Source: a virus
Taxonomy: Duplodnaviria > Caudoviricetes
Virus record (IMG/VR): IMGVR_UViG_3300036806_000195
Coordinates: 1 to 59,712 of that record
Length of the DNA: 59,712 nt
Strand: one strand, 5' to 3'
Positions 37,693-46,977 of this stretch are shown one piece after another (position 1 is the stretch's first letter; every line of letters starts with the position of its first letter). The position numbers and the translations under genes were made by a program. Below the pieces are notes generated by a model. That model was not told the DNA's origin, did no database searches, and worked only from the letters and a program-made list of their open reading frames with translations.

Positions 37693-38229
37693 ATGGACAG
37701 GTGTTCTAGAAGGATCTATAGCGTGAAATGCCTAGTGTACAAGATTTGCAATAGTGTCAATGATAAGCTCTATATCGGGATTACAAATAACAGTCTCGAC
37801 TACAGATGGGAGCAACATAGGCATACAGCAGGTAGCAGACGTTCTCATACTTCACTTTATGTGGCAATGAAAGAATATGGTAGAGATCAATTCTGGATTG
37901 AGCAGATTGAGGAGAGAGATGGGACCAATGCAGAGATGTTTGGGAGAGAGCAGTACTGGATAAGGCTCTTAAACACAGCAGTCCCGTATGGCTACAATGA
38001 GCATGTACACAAGCTTTCAGACACAGATATCGCTATTATTCGCTACAATTCTTATAGAATGAAGTGTAGGGAGTACGCTGAGTTATTCGGTGTGCAGCTA
38101 TCTATGGTACTTGTGATCAGATCTAAGAAGGAGTATTTGAGGTCACATAAACATGTAACAGAAAAAGATCTCCCTTCAGATCTAGAAGCATATGCAAAAG
38201 CTATGGGCCATGCGCAGACAAGCGGGTGA
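37693..38229 (+). CDS. GIY-YIG endonuclease with C-terminal HTH
   Basis: VYKICN...YIGIT...RWEQH...EQYWI...GYN; start uncertain. Confidence 0.8.
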   Translation: MDRCSRRIYSVKCLVYKICNSVNDKLYIGITNNSLDYRWEQHRHTAGSRRSHTSLYVAMKEYGRDQFWIEQIEERDGTNAEMFGREQYWIRLLNTAVPYGYNEHVHKLSDTDIAIIRYNSYRMKCREYAELFGVQLSMVLVIRSKKEYLRSHKHVTEKDLPSDLEAYAKAMGHAQTSG

Positions 38230-38446
38230 CTCTCTACAACAAAAAAGATGTGGATAGTTATAAAGTCGGAGGTAGGGGGAGAAAACCTGCCAAGGATGAA
38301 AAGCAAGCTAACGCGGCCTAGCCCTCTGGCCTGAGCTCTAGTCCGAGCGAAGGATACAAAGCGCAGGCCAAACAGACTATCGTTATAGAGTATAACTATG
38401 ATTGTAGTATTTATGCAACAAACTAGTGTTCTAGAGAAGGAAGGAG

Positions 38447-38734
38447 GTGAGAATGCAAGATCCCAAAATGGAGCTCTTAGAGAGCCAAATAGCTGGACAC
38501 ATCGAGCATTTGACACAAGAGATGCGAGACTCGTTTCGCCAAGTGAATAGTCGACTTGAGAAGCTTGAGACGGCGGTGACAACTGTTACCAATACGCTCA
38601 CAGATCATCGAGAGACGCTCTTGAGTCATGGACAATTGATCAGGGAACAGAGTCGACGGATGGATGCAATAGATGGGAAGCTCGATCAAATCTTGCAATT
38701 CATGAAGAAACAGCAGGAAGGAGGTGAGCAATAG
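38447..38734 (+). CDS. coiled-coil hypothetical protein
   Basis: AGGAGG RBS; heptad pattern. Confidence 0.65.
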   Translation: MRMQDPKMELLESQIAGHIEHLTQEMRDSFRQVNSRLEKLETAVTTVTNTLTDHRETLLSHGQLIREQSRRMDAIDGKLDQILQFMKKQQEGGEQ

Positions 38735-38959
38735 ATGCAAGGAGCATTCAGCAAGTGCACAATTCGCTTGGTAACGCTGCTGACAGGTATTATAGTGACT
38801 GTGCTAGGCGTGATGCATATAGCGTATCCGAGTATGAGTGCTGTATGGACGCAATGGCAGTTGATGGTAGAGTCGATCTATCTTGGGTATATAGGCGTGT
38901 ATGTTGGCTCCGATTGGTTCGCTGACTCTCTCAAGTCGAGAGAGCAGGAAGCGAGGTGA
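38735..38959 (+). CDS. 2-TM membrane protein
   Basis: GGAGG RBS; hydrophobic segments. Confidence 0.55.
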   Translation: MQGAFSKCTIRLVTLLTGIIVTVLGVMHIAYPSMSAVWTQWQLMVESIYLGYIGVYVGSDWFADSLKSREQEAR

Positions 38960-38960
38960 G

Positions 38961-39167
38961 ATGAGCAGATGGCCGCGTATCGATGTAAAAGGCACGTTTG
39001 GCGCATTGACGCTTATGATTAGTGCTGAGACAGGATGGATGCATTTGTATGATCAGGATGACAATATCGTCCTGACTCAAGAAGACGCCAAGGTGCTCTT
39101 GCCGCACCTTCAGAGATTTGCGGAGACAGGCAAGATTGAGCAACAGGAGGGAAGCAAGGAGCTATGA
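38961..39167 (+). CDS. hypothetical protein
   Basis: GAGG RBS before ATG 38961. Confidence 0.55.
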   Translation: MSRWPRIDVKGTFGALTLMISAETGWMHLYDQDDNIVLTQEDAKVLLPHLQRFAETGKIEQQEGSKEL

Positions 39168-39454
39168 ACAAAGTGCAAGCAGCCATAGCTCGTGAGACGG
39201 CCAAGAAGATCCGGCCTTGGTTCTTCAAGATGGCAAACATGGTACAGTTTCTTGTCGATTTGCCTGACGAGCAGTATGAGCAAATGGATGCTTTTACTGC
39301 TGAAGAGCTCCTCACGGGGAAGTTAGACAACTGCTATGACGAGGTAAAAGCTCTTGTGTCGAATATGCTGCTTGAGATAGCAAAAGGAGGTGAGAGAGAG
39401 TGGGTATACCTCAGAGATATAGGCGCATCAGAAGTGCCTTTGCCGAGAAGTTGA
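39164..39454 (+). CDS. hypothetical protein
   Basis: AAGGAG RBS; coupled. Confidence 0.55.
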   Translation: MNKVQAAIARETAKKIRPWFFKMANMVQFLVDLPDEQYEQMDAFTAEELLTGKLDNCYDEVKALVSNMLLEIAKGGEREWVYLRDIGASEVPLPRS

Positions 39455-39638
39455 TCCCCACGTCATATCTCTTGGAAGAGAAGGCAGAATGGGAACGGCA
39501 ACTTGAGTGCGCACGCAATGGCGAATACGAGAACAACGAAGAGGTTATCGCAGACGCCACTGAAGAGATAGCGAAGTATAACGAGGCATTGGCGCGTCGT
39601 CAGGAGCAAGCGAAGCAGAAGCAGGAAAGGGGTGAGTC

Positions 39639-39905
39639 GTGAAAAGTTTTAGTGAAATTGAAGAGCTGAAATCTCAATGGGAGTCAGATCCTTGTTGGGA
39701 CATTGAGGATACTGAAGGGTTTGAGGACCATGAAGAGGAACTGAAGTTTCATCGCAAGCAGAAAGAGGTTGAATGGCACCTGCAGGCAATGCAAGAAGTA
39801 AAGGACAAGGCTGCTGAGCTTGGTTGTCCTGATAATTTGGAGCTTGCAAGATATGTCATGGCTCTTGAGGCTCGTATTGAGAAGTTGGAAGGAAAGAGCG
39901 AGTGA
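39639..39905 (+). CDS. hypothetical protein
   Basis: LKSQWESDPCWDIEDTEGFE motif; coupled. Confidence 0.65.
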   Translation: MKSFSEIEELKSQWESDPCWDIEDTEGFEDHEEELKFHRKQKEVEWHLQAMQEVKDKAAELGCPDNLELARYVMALEARIEKLEGKSE

Positions 39906-40408
39906 ATGACGCCCTGGGCCGAATCGAGAAGCTCGAAGAAGAGGTACGTAAGCTCAAAGAGCAGCACACTGAGCCCGTCAAGACAGTTCAGAGGCCTGGG
40001 ATTGAGAGCACGCTTGAGAACCATACAGAGCTGCTGAAAGAGATCTCTACCAAGCAGGATGAGCAAGAGCAGCAACTCACGCTTATCTATACTGACGTGG
40101 GTCATATGAAAGCTGATGGAGGAGTGCTCAAACAGCAGGGGCTAGAGACAAGAGCTGACATCACTGCGATAAAGGCTACTCAGAGTGATCATGGTGAATT
40201 GTTGCAAGAGATGCAAAAGACAATCTCTGAGAGCGCTGCAAAGGTGAAAGAGACGCTTGAGGCGTATGATACTCGGCTCGACATTCGAGATGAGAAGTTC
40301 GATAAAGTCGAGCGCAGTCAGAGACAGCAGTCAGAGCAACTCAACAAGCAAGGTGAGATGTTGCAAGAGCTTCTCGACTGGGTGCGAAAGCAGAAAGGAG
40401 AGGAATGA
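39902..40408 (+). CDS. coiled-coil hypothetical protein
   Basis: heptad repeats; similar style to 38447-38734. Confidence 0.65.
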   Translation: MNDALGRIEKLEEEVRKLKEQHTEPVKTVQRPGIESTLENHTELLKEISTKQDEQEQQLTLIYTDVGHMKADGGVLKQQGLETRADITAIKATQSDHGELLQEMQKTISESAAKVKETLEAYDTRLDIRDEKFDKVERSQRQQSEQLNKQGEMLQELLDWVRKQKGEE

Positions 40409-40593
40409 GCAGATTTCACAAACTTATAGTAGAAGACACGATAGAGGCTGAAACTGCACAAGAGTTATCTGACAAAATGGATGACCGCGTTCGGGCTGAG
40501 GGACTTAACCCTGATGATTTTGATTGCAAAAGTTACTGGTGTGATAGATGCAATTGTTATCATCACGTTAGTATCTATCCGTGTAGTGAGTAA
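40405..40593 (+). CDS. hypothetical protein
   Basis: coupled ORF, Cys/His C-terminus. Confidence 0.5.
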   Translation: MSRFHKLIVEDTIEAETAQELSDKMDDRVRAEGLNPDDFDCKSYWCDRCNCYHHVSIYPCSE

Positions 40594-40736
40594 CTGAAGC
40601 GCCCTCTCCTGAAGGCCGGGCAAGCTGATCAGGAGAGGGCTAATCCCATAAGCAAGCTATGGGCCTGGTTTTATAGTAGCAGATACCTGCAACTGATATC
40701 CGGCCCGTCGAACATCGAGAAAGGCCGGATTTTATT

Positions 40737-40940
40737 ATGTCTAGAGATGAATTGAGCTTAGAGGAGAAGGTAGTCATGAAACCAATAAAGGTTATGCAGA
40801 TTGCTCTTACAGTACTGATGGCTTTTATGACTGTTCTGCTCTTAATAGAGCATCAATCATATGGTTATGCAATGGCCGCACTTACGCTTATAGGTTTTAT
40901 GTCAATTTTTGCCAGATATCCAAGTAGAGGGGGGAGATAG
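40737..40940 (+). CDS. small 2-TM membrane protein
   Basis: two hydrophobic helices; first gene of putative transfer operon. Confidence 0.6.
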   Translation: MSRDELSLEEKVVMKPIKVMQIALTVLMAFMTVLLLIEHQSYGYAMAALTLIGFMSIFARYPSRGGR

Positions 40941-40946
40941 TCAGAC

Positions 40947-41447
40947 ATGGGAAAAGAATCGCCACTTGTGCATTTTTGGCATACATTCTGGGCCGGGGTA
41001 TTCTTCCTACTCATATCCTCATACAGCATTGGAAGCACTGAGAGTTGGATAAACGGTGGGGATGCGCAGAACGTGCGACCGTCTTTTAGCGTATTCTGGC
41101 AGCCATATGATTTGTGGAATGGCGTTTATGCAGGACGGGCTGCTATAGCGGTACTTATCGCCTTTTTCTCCTGGTTCTGCTGGACGGGAATCGCCTTTTA
41201 CTTTGAGGCGTACAAGATGCATTTGAACGCAATGCACAAAGGAGCAGGCGGCACATTCATCACTATCACTTGGATATTGGTTGCAGTTGACTCCTATGCC
41301 AATTGGGTAAGTGTTTCGACATGGAATATCGCATGGTACTGGCAAATTGTCATTTCTGTGGCTCTGGGCATGGGACTCATGTACTTGGGTCATTTTGCAA
41401 TTACTCATTTTCTTAAAGGCTTGAACGGAATGAAAGGAGGGAATTAA
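40947..41447 (+). CDS. 4-TM membrane protein (spread/transfer accessory candidate)
   Basis: four hydrophobic segments; immediately upstream of the ATPase. Confidence 0.7.
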   Translation: MGKESPLVHFWHTFWAGVFFLLISSYSIGSTESWINGGDAQNVRPSFSVFWQPYDLWNGVYAGRAAIAVLIAFFSWFCWTGIAFYFEAYKMHLNAMHKGAGGTFITITWILVAVDSYANWVSVSTWNIAWYWQIVISVALGMGLMYLGHFAITHFLKGLNGMKGGN

Positions 41448-41449
41448 TC

Positions 41450-42880
41450 ATGGAAGATAACGGAGAGAAGCTGAAACCGAAAGTCGAGTTGACACCCAAT
41501 GCAAAGGGGGCGCTAGCAACGGGTGGCGGAATTGTTGCGTTCGATGTCTTGACCCATGCCGGTCCAACTGGTCTTCTTCTGGCTGGTATTGGCACATGGA
41601 TCATGGCCCGCCACACGTCAGATTTTATCTATCAGAAGGATAGATTGCTTGCGCATTTTGTGCGGTCACATGCTACAGAAAACGAGCATGTGACACTTGA
41701 GCAAGACCATAGCTTTGCTGATCGTTTGCTTGGTCGTCACCAGAATGTGGATCGTGGCAATGAGAGCCATGCATCTGATGAGCGCAGCCTTGGGGATCGC
41801 CTACTTGGAAGATCTCCTAATCTCAAGAAGAATGTCACCCAGCCGAGAGCACAAGAACAAGTCCCGAATGGAACTATTCTCATTGGCACCGACACAAGGG
41901 AGAGAAGTGTCTATCGGTCATGGGCACAACTTAAAAGCGTGCTTATTCTAGGGCTGGCTGGTCTTGGAAAGTCGAGTACAGCATCCTGGTTGGTAGCGCA
42001 AGCGATCAGGGACGGCGCATCTATTGTCCTCATTGACAAGCATGGCCGCTCTGATGAGTCTCTCACTGCAATGCTTGCTCCATTCGAGAGCTTCTTTGTG
42101 CGTCCGCCTGCATACCGGCCTGATGATGCTTTCAAGAACGCTCAATTCGTGAGCCAAGAGCTTGAAAGCAGGATAGAAGGCGATACATCGTGTGATGCAC
42201 CTCTCGTATTGGTGATTGACGAGTTTTCGGACATTATGCGACAAATCAAGCAAGGGGGCCAGTGGAAAGAGACAGGTCAGGAACTGGCATCACTCATTGA
42301 GGAGATTAATACCCAGGGTCGCAAGTACAACGTCTTTGTGATCGCAATTGGTCAAATCACGAATGCGTCGCGCAGCGGAGGGACTGAGATTAGGGACTTG
42401 TTTAACACGCGGATGCTGCATGCAATGCGAGAAACTCAGGCACAGATGGTACTACCTGAGTATAAACAGCAGGTGGCACGGCTTGAAAAAGGCCAGATCT
42501 TTCTCGACATGGAAGGCAGGGACGAGCCATTCATGGTCCAGGTTCCGCTTCTCTCGGCCAAAGAGATGAAAGCTATCGCCTCACAGTGCCAAACTCGACT
42601 GAAGGAGCAATTGGATGAGGACGATTTTGAGGAGGGCAGAGGCTATGACGATGAAGGTATGGACCCATTGCCGATGAAGCCACCAGTAGTGAAATATGAG
42701 CCTGCTAAGAGGCCAGCTATCGTACTTGCTAGCAAGTACGATAGAGCAATACAGGCATGGAACGATGGAAGCAAGTCAATTAGAAGACTTGCCGAGACGA
42801 TGGAATTAAACTTTAATCAGGCAAGAGATCTGATTAACGATATGCACAACAAAGGATTTATTAACAAGTATGAAAGGTGA
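41450..42880 (+). CDS. FtsK/HerA-superfamily (TraB-like) membrane-anchored ATPase with C-terminal winged helix
   Basis: N-terminal hydrophobic hairpin, GLAGLGKSS Walker A, LIDKH, LVIDEF Walker B, QGRKYNV, IGQ, C-terminal SIRRLAETMELNFNQARDLI. Confidence 0.8.
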   Translation: MEDNGEKLKPKVELTPNAKGALATGGGIVAFDVLTHAGPTGLLLAGIGTWIMARHTSDFIYQKDRLLAHFVRSHATENEHVTLEQDHSFADRLLGRHQNVDRGNESHASDERSLGDRLLGRSPNLKKNVTQPRAQEQVPNGTILIGTDTRERSVYRSWAQLKSVLILGLAGLGKSSTASWLVAQAIRDGASIVLIDKHGRSDESLTAMLAPFESFFVRPPAYRPDDAFKNAQFVSQELESRIEGDTSCDAPLVLVIDEFSDIMRQIKQGGQWKETGQELASLIEEINTQGRKYNVFVIAIGQITNASRSGGTEIRDLFNTRMLHAMRETQAQMVLPEYKQQVARLEKGQIFLDMEGRDEPFMVQVPLLSAKEMKAIASQCQTRLKEQLDEDDFEEGRGYDDEGMDPLPMKPPVVKYEPAKRPAIVLASKYDRAIQAWNDGSKSIRRLAETMELNFNQARDLINDMHNKGFINKYER

Positions 42881-42886
42881 TTATCG

Positions 42887-42967
42887 GTCTGTGTGACTGT
42901 GTGTGTGAAGGATAATTAAGCTCAAAAATCCGAGTTTGCGTCCGCACACACACACAGTCACACAGAC
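42887..42967. repeat. 21-bp perfect inverted repeat of GT-rich units
   Basis: gtctgtgtgactgtgtgtgtg (42887-42907) / cacacacacagtcacacagac (42947-42967). Confidence 0.9.
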
Positions 42968-42987
42968 GCCCGTAGGAGGAAAAGAGT

Positions 42988-44205
42988 ATGAACTATACCG
43001 GATGGCATAGACTTAGGGACTCAAGCTGGGTAACAATCGCGTGGGAATGGCTGCAAAGTCTGTTAGGTCGAGCAGTCGACTTCGTGCTATGGGTCACAAT
43101 GATATTTGCGTGCTACCAGTTGATACCGGGCGCTCCGGTCCCCGCAACTAGTATCAGCGTCTTTATGTTTGTGCTGCAATTCGTAGCACTCGACATAGGC
43201 GGCATGGGGCTCAGGCAACTAGCACAAAGGCATGGGTTGGAAAAGGGTGCCTATACTTATAAAATAGCGAATGCGTGTATTGCTGTTACCTTTGCTACTC
43301 TCATCTTTGCAGGTTTGCAGCACGCCACAACTATTAATCCTGAGCTTACCACGTGGGTTGAGGTTATCCTGGTCATTGCCAGGTCTGGGCTAACGGTTCT
43401 CTATGGCCAAGCAATTCGGGCTCTCAAATTCGTTGAACAGACGGAAGATAACGAGATAGCAGCGCTGCAAGAAGAGATGTCCAATCTTCGTCTTCACGTG
43501 TCCAATGAACAGCAAAGGGTGTCCAGTTTGCAGACGCAATTGGACAGTGAGAAGAAAAAAGTGTCCAGTGTCCAATCAGAACTCGAGAGACGGGTATCCG
43601 ATTTGGTGTCCAGTGGACAGGCAGGGGTGTCCAGTGTCCAACTAGAATTGGACAGAGCAACGACAGAGGTGTCCAGTCTACGCATTCAACTGGACGGGAA
43701 AGAGCAGCAAATTACCAGCCTTCAAGAGGCACTCGGAAGCGGTATGAAACTGCATGAGAATAGCACTCAGCAGATTGTCTCCAGTGTTCAGAGACAGCTA
43801 GATAAAGCTCTTACTGATGTATCGAGCCTTCAAGAGCAGGTGTCCAGTGGACAGCAAGAAATAGTGAATTTGCGCGGCCAATTGGACAGCGAGCGCATGA
43901 AGGTGTCCAGTCTGCAAGATCAACTGGACAGTCAGAGGGTGTCCACTACTCCTCAAAAAGTGTCCAGTTTCGTGTCCAGTGGACAGTCAGAGGGTGTCCA
44001 ATTGGACACTGAGGAAAAGGAGCAAGATATCTCAGAAAGCACCATTGAAGAGCAGATACGCGCTATTCTTGTAGAAGAGCCTGGACTATCGGGTAGAGCT
44101 ATAGCTGCAAGGGTTGGATGTTCACCAACAACAGCGTCTACTTGGAAGAAGGCTATTGAGCAAGAGCTATCCATAGTACCGCATTTACATGTCGTTAATG
44201 AATGA
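42988..44205 (+). CDS. 4-TM + coiled-coil + C-terminal HTH protein (SpdB2/DUF2637-like architecture)
   Basis: four TM helices, ~180-aa coiled coil with VSS/QLD repeats, LSGRAIAARVGCSPTTASTWK. Confidence 0.75.
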   Translation: MNYTGWHRLRDSSWVTIAWEWLQSLLGRAVDFVLWVTMIFACYQLIPGAPVPATSISVFMFVLQFVALDIGGMGLRQLAQRHGLEKGAYTYKIANACIAVTFATLIFAGLQHATTINPELTTWVEVILVIARSGLTVLYGQAIRALKFVEQTEDNEIAALQEEMSNLRLHVSNEQQRVSSLQTQLDSEKKKVSSVQSELERRVSDLVSSGQAGVSSVQLELDRATTEVSSLRIQLDGKEQQITSLQEALGSGMKLHENSTQQIVSSVQRQLDKALTDVSSLQEQVSSGQQEIVNLRGQLDSERMKVSSLQDQLDSQRVSTTPQKVSSFVSSGQSEGVQLDTEEKEQDISESTIEEQIRAILVEEPGLSGRAIAARVGCSPTTASTWKKAIEQELSIVPHLHVVNE

Positions 44206-44351
44206 TATAATTTAGCAAGCACACGGTCCGATTCGCACTCGGGCCTCTCACCAGTAACACCTCTCGTCAGCCTGACTTCCTCTCGTGAGGTGCGCAGTGA
44301 GAATAGCAATAGAGATAAGAGGTAGTAGAACATATGTACTGAAAGGAGAGT

Positions 44352-44606
44352 TTGATGGAAGACTTAGGACTAAAAGAGTATGAGGCATGCTTAAGTTGCC
44401 AGTCACCATCAGATCTGAAGTGCCGATTATGCCAATGCTGGTTCTGTTGGCAGTGTGTTGAACACTATCAGTTTATGAGCATATTTGGAGCATTGCATGA
44501 ATATACGCGGTACCCAAGAATAGGGTACATATGCAAGGACTGCAAGAGGAATGTAGAAATGCACAGGAATATGCTAGCGGGTGTGATGAGTGAAGAGGAG
44601 GTATGA
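44352..44606 (+). CDS. Cys-rich zinc-finger hypothetical protein
   Basis: four CxxC motifs; AAGGAG RBS. Confidence 0.6.
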   Translation: MMEDLGLKEYEACLSCQSPSDLKCRLCQCWFCWQCVEHYQFMSIFGALHEYTRYPRIGYICKDCKRNVEMHRNMLAGVMSEEEV

Positions 44607-45040
44607 GCTGGATGAAAATCTACCCTATCGGCTATAGCACACCAGGGGCTCGCGAGCGCGTTGCCGAACTACTACAAGACCCTAAAATCTTGCTCATCGA
44701 CACGAGAATTAGCCCCTGGTCTTGGGATGATCAATGGAAAGGTGAGGCACTCAAGGCTCGCTATGGCAAGAAATATCGCTATGCTGGCAAGTATTTGGGT
44801 AACCTCGGCTACAAGAGCGGGTACATCCGGATAGCGGATATTGAGACAGGCATAGACGGGATCATGATGTATCTGTATGAGGGATATGAGCTTATCTTGC
44901 TCTGTCAATGCAAAAAATTCGATAAGTGCCATGTAAGCAGCATTGTAGATGAGTTGCTGTGTAGGTATATAGTTGAGGTGGAACATTTTGGGGAAGATAT
45001 CCAGTGGACGCAACTCTATAACAAGAAAGAGGAAGCCTAG
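44603..45040 (+). CDS. DUF488-family protein
   Basis: IYPIGYS, LIDTRISPWS, LGN, LLC...CH. Confidence 0.75.
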   Translation: MSWMKIYPIGYSTPGARERVAELLQDPKILLIDTRISPWSWDDQWKGEALKARYGKKYRYAGKYLGNLGYKSGYIRIADIETGIDGIMMYLYEGYELILLCQCKKFDKCHVSSIVDELLCRYIVEVEHFGEDIQWTQLYNKKEEA

Positions 45041-45068
45041 GCAATTCTAGGCTTCCTCTTCTTTCTCC

Positions 45069-45260
45069 TCAAGCATACCACTTATCTAAATCTTCATACT
45101 CTTTCAGCACCTCTTGCACGCCTTGTTGTACTTCGCTGTCCATTTGAGATGCGAGCAATGTAACCAGATCACAGAGGATCTTATCTGCATTGCAATGACC
45201 TAATTCTTCGTCTGCATTCTTACAACTTTTCATCTGCTCTAGAAAGTATTGGATGTTCAT
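45069..45260 (-). CDS. hypothetical protein
   Basis: DEELGHCNADKILC...KWYA pattern. Confidence 0.6.
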   Translation of the reverse strand: MNIQYFLEQMKSCKNADEELGHCNADKILCDLVTLLASQMDSEVQQGVQEVLKEYEDLDKWYA

Positions 45261-45613
45261 AGTCCGTCTCCTTCCTGCTCTTGCGCTTTGAAATAGTTGC
45301 GCAGTGCCTCTATTTCCTTCTTGTCAAATCCTAGCCATGATGTGATGAGCTTGCCAGTGGTGATGCTGGCTCTCACGATAATCTGAATTGCAGTGCCTCC
45401 AGTTAATATTTGTGCAGTCCATGTACATGTCTGTTCATCGTCATACTCATCGAGAATACAAAACGTATTCTCTTGTATGGTAACACCTCTCTCATAAATG
45501 AACTTGTCTCTTGAAGCTTGTACAATTTTTGAGTAGGGCATGGTGTTATCTCTCCTTCTTGTGTAATTATTCCAGTTCACGACTATGCTACAATAATAGA
45601 CGGTTTTGGACAC
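45257..45613 (-). CDS. hypothetical protein
   Basis: coupled ORF; start uncertain. Confidence 0.45.
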   Translation of the reverse strand: MSKTVYYCSIVVNWNNYTRRRDNTMPYSKIVQASRDKFIYERGVTIQENTFCILDEYDDEQTCTWTAQILTGGTAIQIIVRASITTGKLITSWLGFDKKEIEALRNYFKAQEQEGDGL

Positions 45614-45658
45614 GAGATGCTGCGGTCTTTTGTCGGAATGCTCATCTCGTGTCCTTGG

Positions 45659-45871
45659 CTAAGCCACACTTTCACCTTTCTCAGGTGCCGTCCAAGGCTT
45701 CTCAAAAACTCTCCTAACCTGCTCAACTTCTTGAGCTGACAAGTAAGTCTTTCTATCTCCTTGGAACTTATGTCCCTTGACTCCAATAATATTCATCCTG
45801 CTATATACAGTTACTCGATTACGTCCAAGCATCTTTGTAACCTCGTCTATCGTGTAGTACTCTTTCTCCAT
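45659..45871 (-). CDS. HTH DNA-binding protein
   Basis: YYTIDEVTKMLGRNRVTVYSRM; AAGGAGG RBS. Confidence 0.75.
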   Translation of the reverse strand: MEKEYYTIDEVTKMLGRNRVTVYSRMNIIGVKGHKFQGDRKTYLSAQEVEQVRRVFEKPWTAPEKGESVA

Positions 45872-46056
45872 ATCTCCTCCTTTCACGATCTGTTTAAGAA
45901 ATGTTCACTTTCCTTAGCTTTAAGATACCATCAAAGTAACGAATTGTCAACCAATTATACAGCAATTGAAATATTCATGATAGAAACTGTTGACAAAGTG
46001 TACAGTTTGGGTTATACTGTGTACATAAGAGATTGAGGAAACGAAGGAGCAAGGAC

Positions 46057-46452
46057 ATGAAAGCAGCCAAAGAAGTTAAAATCATCGCAAGGTACACAAA
46101 CAAAAAGACCGGAGTCGTAAGTTATCTAGTACGCTCCAATGATGGAGAAAGCACGTATTGTACTACTATCATCGATGGTGTAGCTTCTGGATGCTCATGT
46201 CCAAGTCGCAAAGGATGCTACCATAAAACTCAGCTCGTCAAGAGAGAGCAAGAGCGCAAAGAGATTGCTCAGCAGTTCGCAGCCAAGAATGCGCCTAGCT
46301 GGCTGGTAAACTTGGTAACAAGCGGTCAAGTAGCAACTCCTAGGGTTGTCAGCAAGCCTGCTCAACAAGTCAGCTCTCCTAAAATAGTGGACATCTCGAC
46401 AAAAGGAGCTCTTACGAAGAGTAAAGGCTTTTCGGTATTGAGAACAGCATAG
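46057..46452 (+). CDS. SWIM zinc-finger protein
   Basis: YLVRS...Y...CSCP...CYH; TTGACA/TATACT promoter at ~45989-46018. Confidence 0.7.
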   Translation: MKAAKEVKIIARYTNKKTGVVSYLVRSNDGESTYCTTIIDGVASGCSCPSRKGCYHKTQLVKREQERKEIAQQFAAKNAPSWLVNLVTSGQVATPRVVSKPAQQVSSPKIVDISTKGALTKSKGFSVLRTA

Positions 46453-46470
46453 TTAAGAAAGGATATTCTA

Positions 46471-46977
46471 ATGGCACAAGATAAATTAGCACGCTACAAC
46501 GAATTAGCAGCTATGGATACTGACAATCAGACAGATGAGGAGATTACCGAGCAAGTCAGTCTCTACTACGAACTCTTCCATGCTGAGCAAGATATACAAG
46601 ACCTCGACAATGCTGTCAATCCGCTAGAACTGCATGATGATGAGTACGAGGCTTGGATAGAGAAGGTAGCTCACGAGATGGTCGAGAACGGACCAGTGGT
46701 CGTGAGCGAGTGGTGGGAAGGTGAAATGCAAGCCTTGGAAGCGACGCTCACTGATGAGGATAAGGCAGCATATGCAAGATATCTCAAAAGCAGCATTGAC
46801 CCACGAGAGATTGAAGACGAAAAGTTCTACACCTTTGAGATCAAGGGCAAGGAAACAAAGGAGCTCATAGCTGTCGTGATCTATAACTGCACATCTGAGC
46901 AAAAGGCATATGGTCGAGCTGAGAAAGACGCTGCAGGTGATGCCTACGAACTGGTAGAGGTACAACCTGCTATCTAG
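46471..46977 (+). CDS. acidic hypothetical protein
   Basis: AAGGA RBS; very Asp/Glu-rich. Confidence 0.65.
   Translation: MAQDKLARYNELAAMDTDNQTDEEITEQVSLYYELFHAEQDIQDLDNAVNPLELHDDEYEAWIEKVAHEMVENGPVVVSEWWEGEMQALEATLTDEDKAAYARYLKSSIDPREIEDEKFYTFEIKGKETKELIAVVIYNCTSEQKAYGRAEKDAAGDAYELVEVQPAI

Noticed and set aside
41450-42880. Classical T4SS conjugation (VirD4/VirB4) or packaging ATPase
   Set aside because: No relaxase or mating-pair genes are visible, and a terminase already covers packaging
43478-44010. CRISPR array
   Set aside because: Repeats are 7-8 bp, irregularly spaced, in both orientations and inside an ORF; no cas genes seen
44255-44330. HDV-like ribozyme suggested by ttcctctcgtg
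   Set aside because: I could not build P1.1 and P3 or find a G-initiated P1
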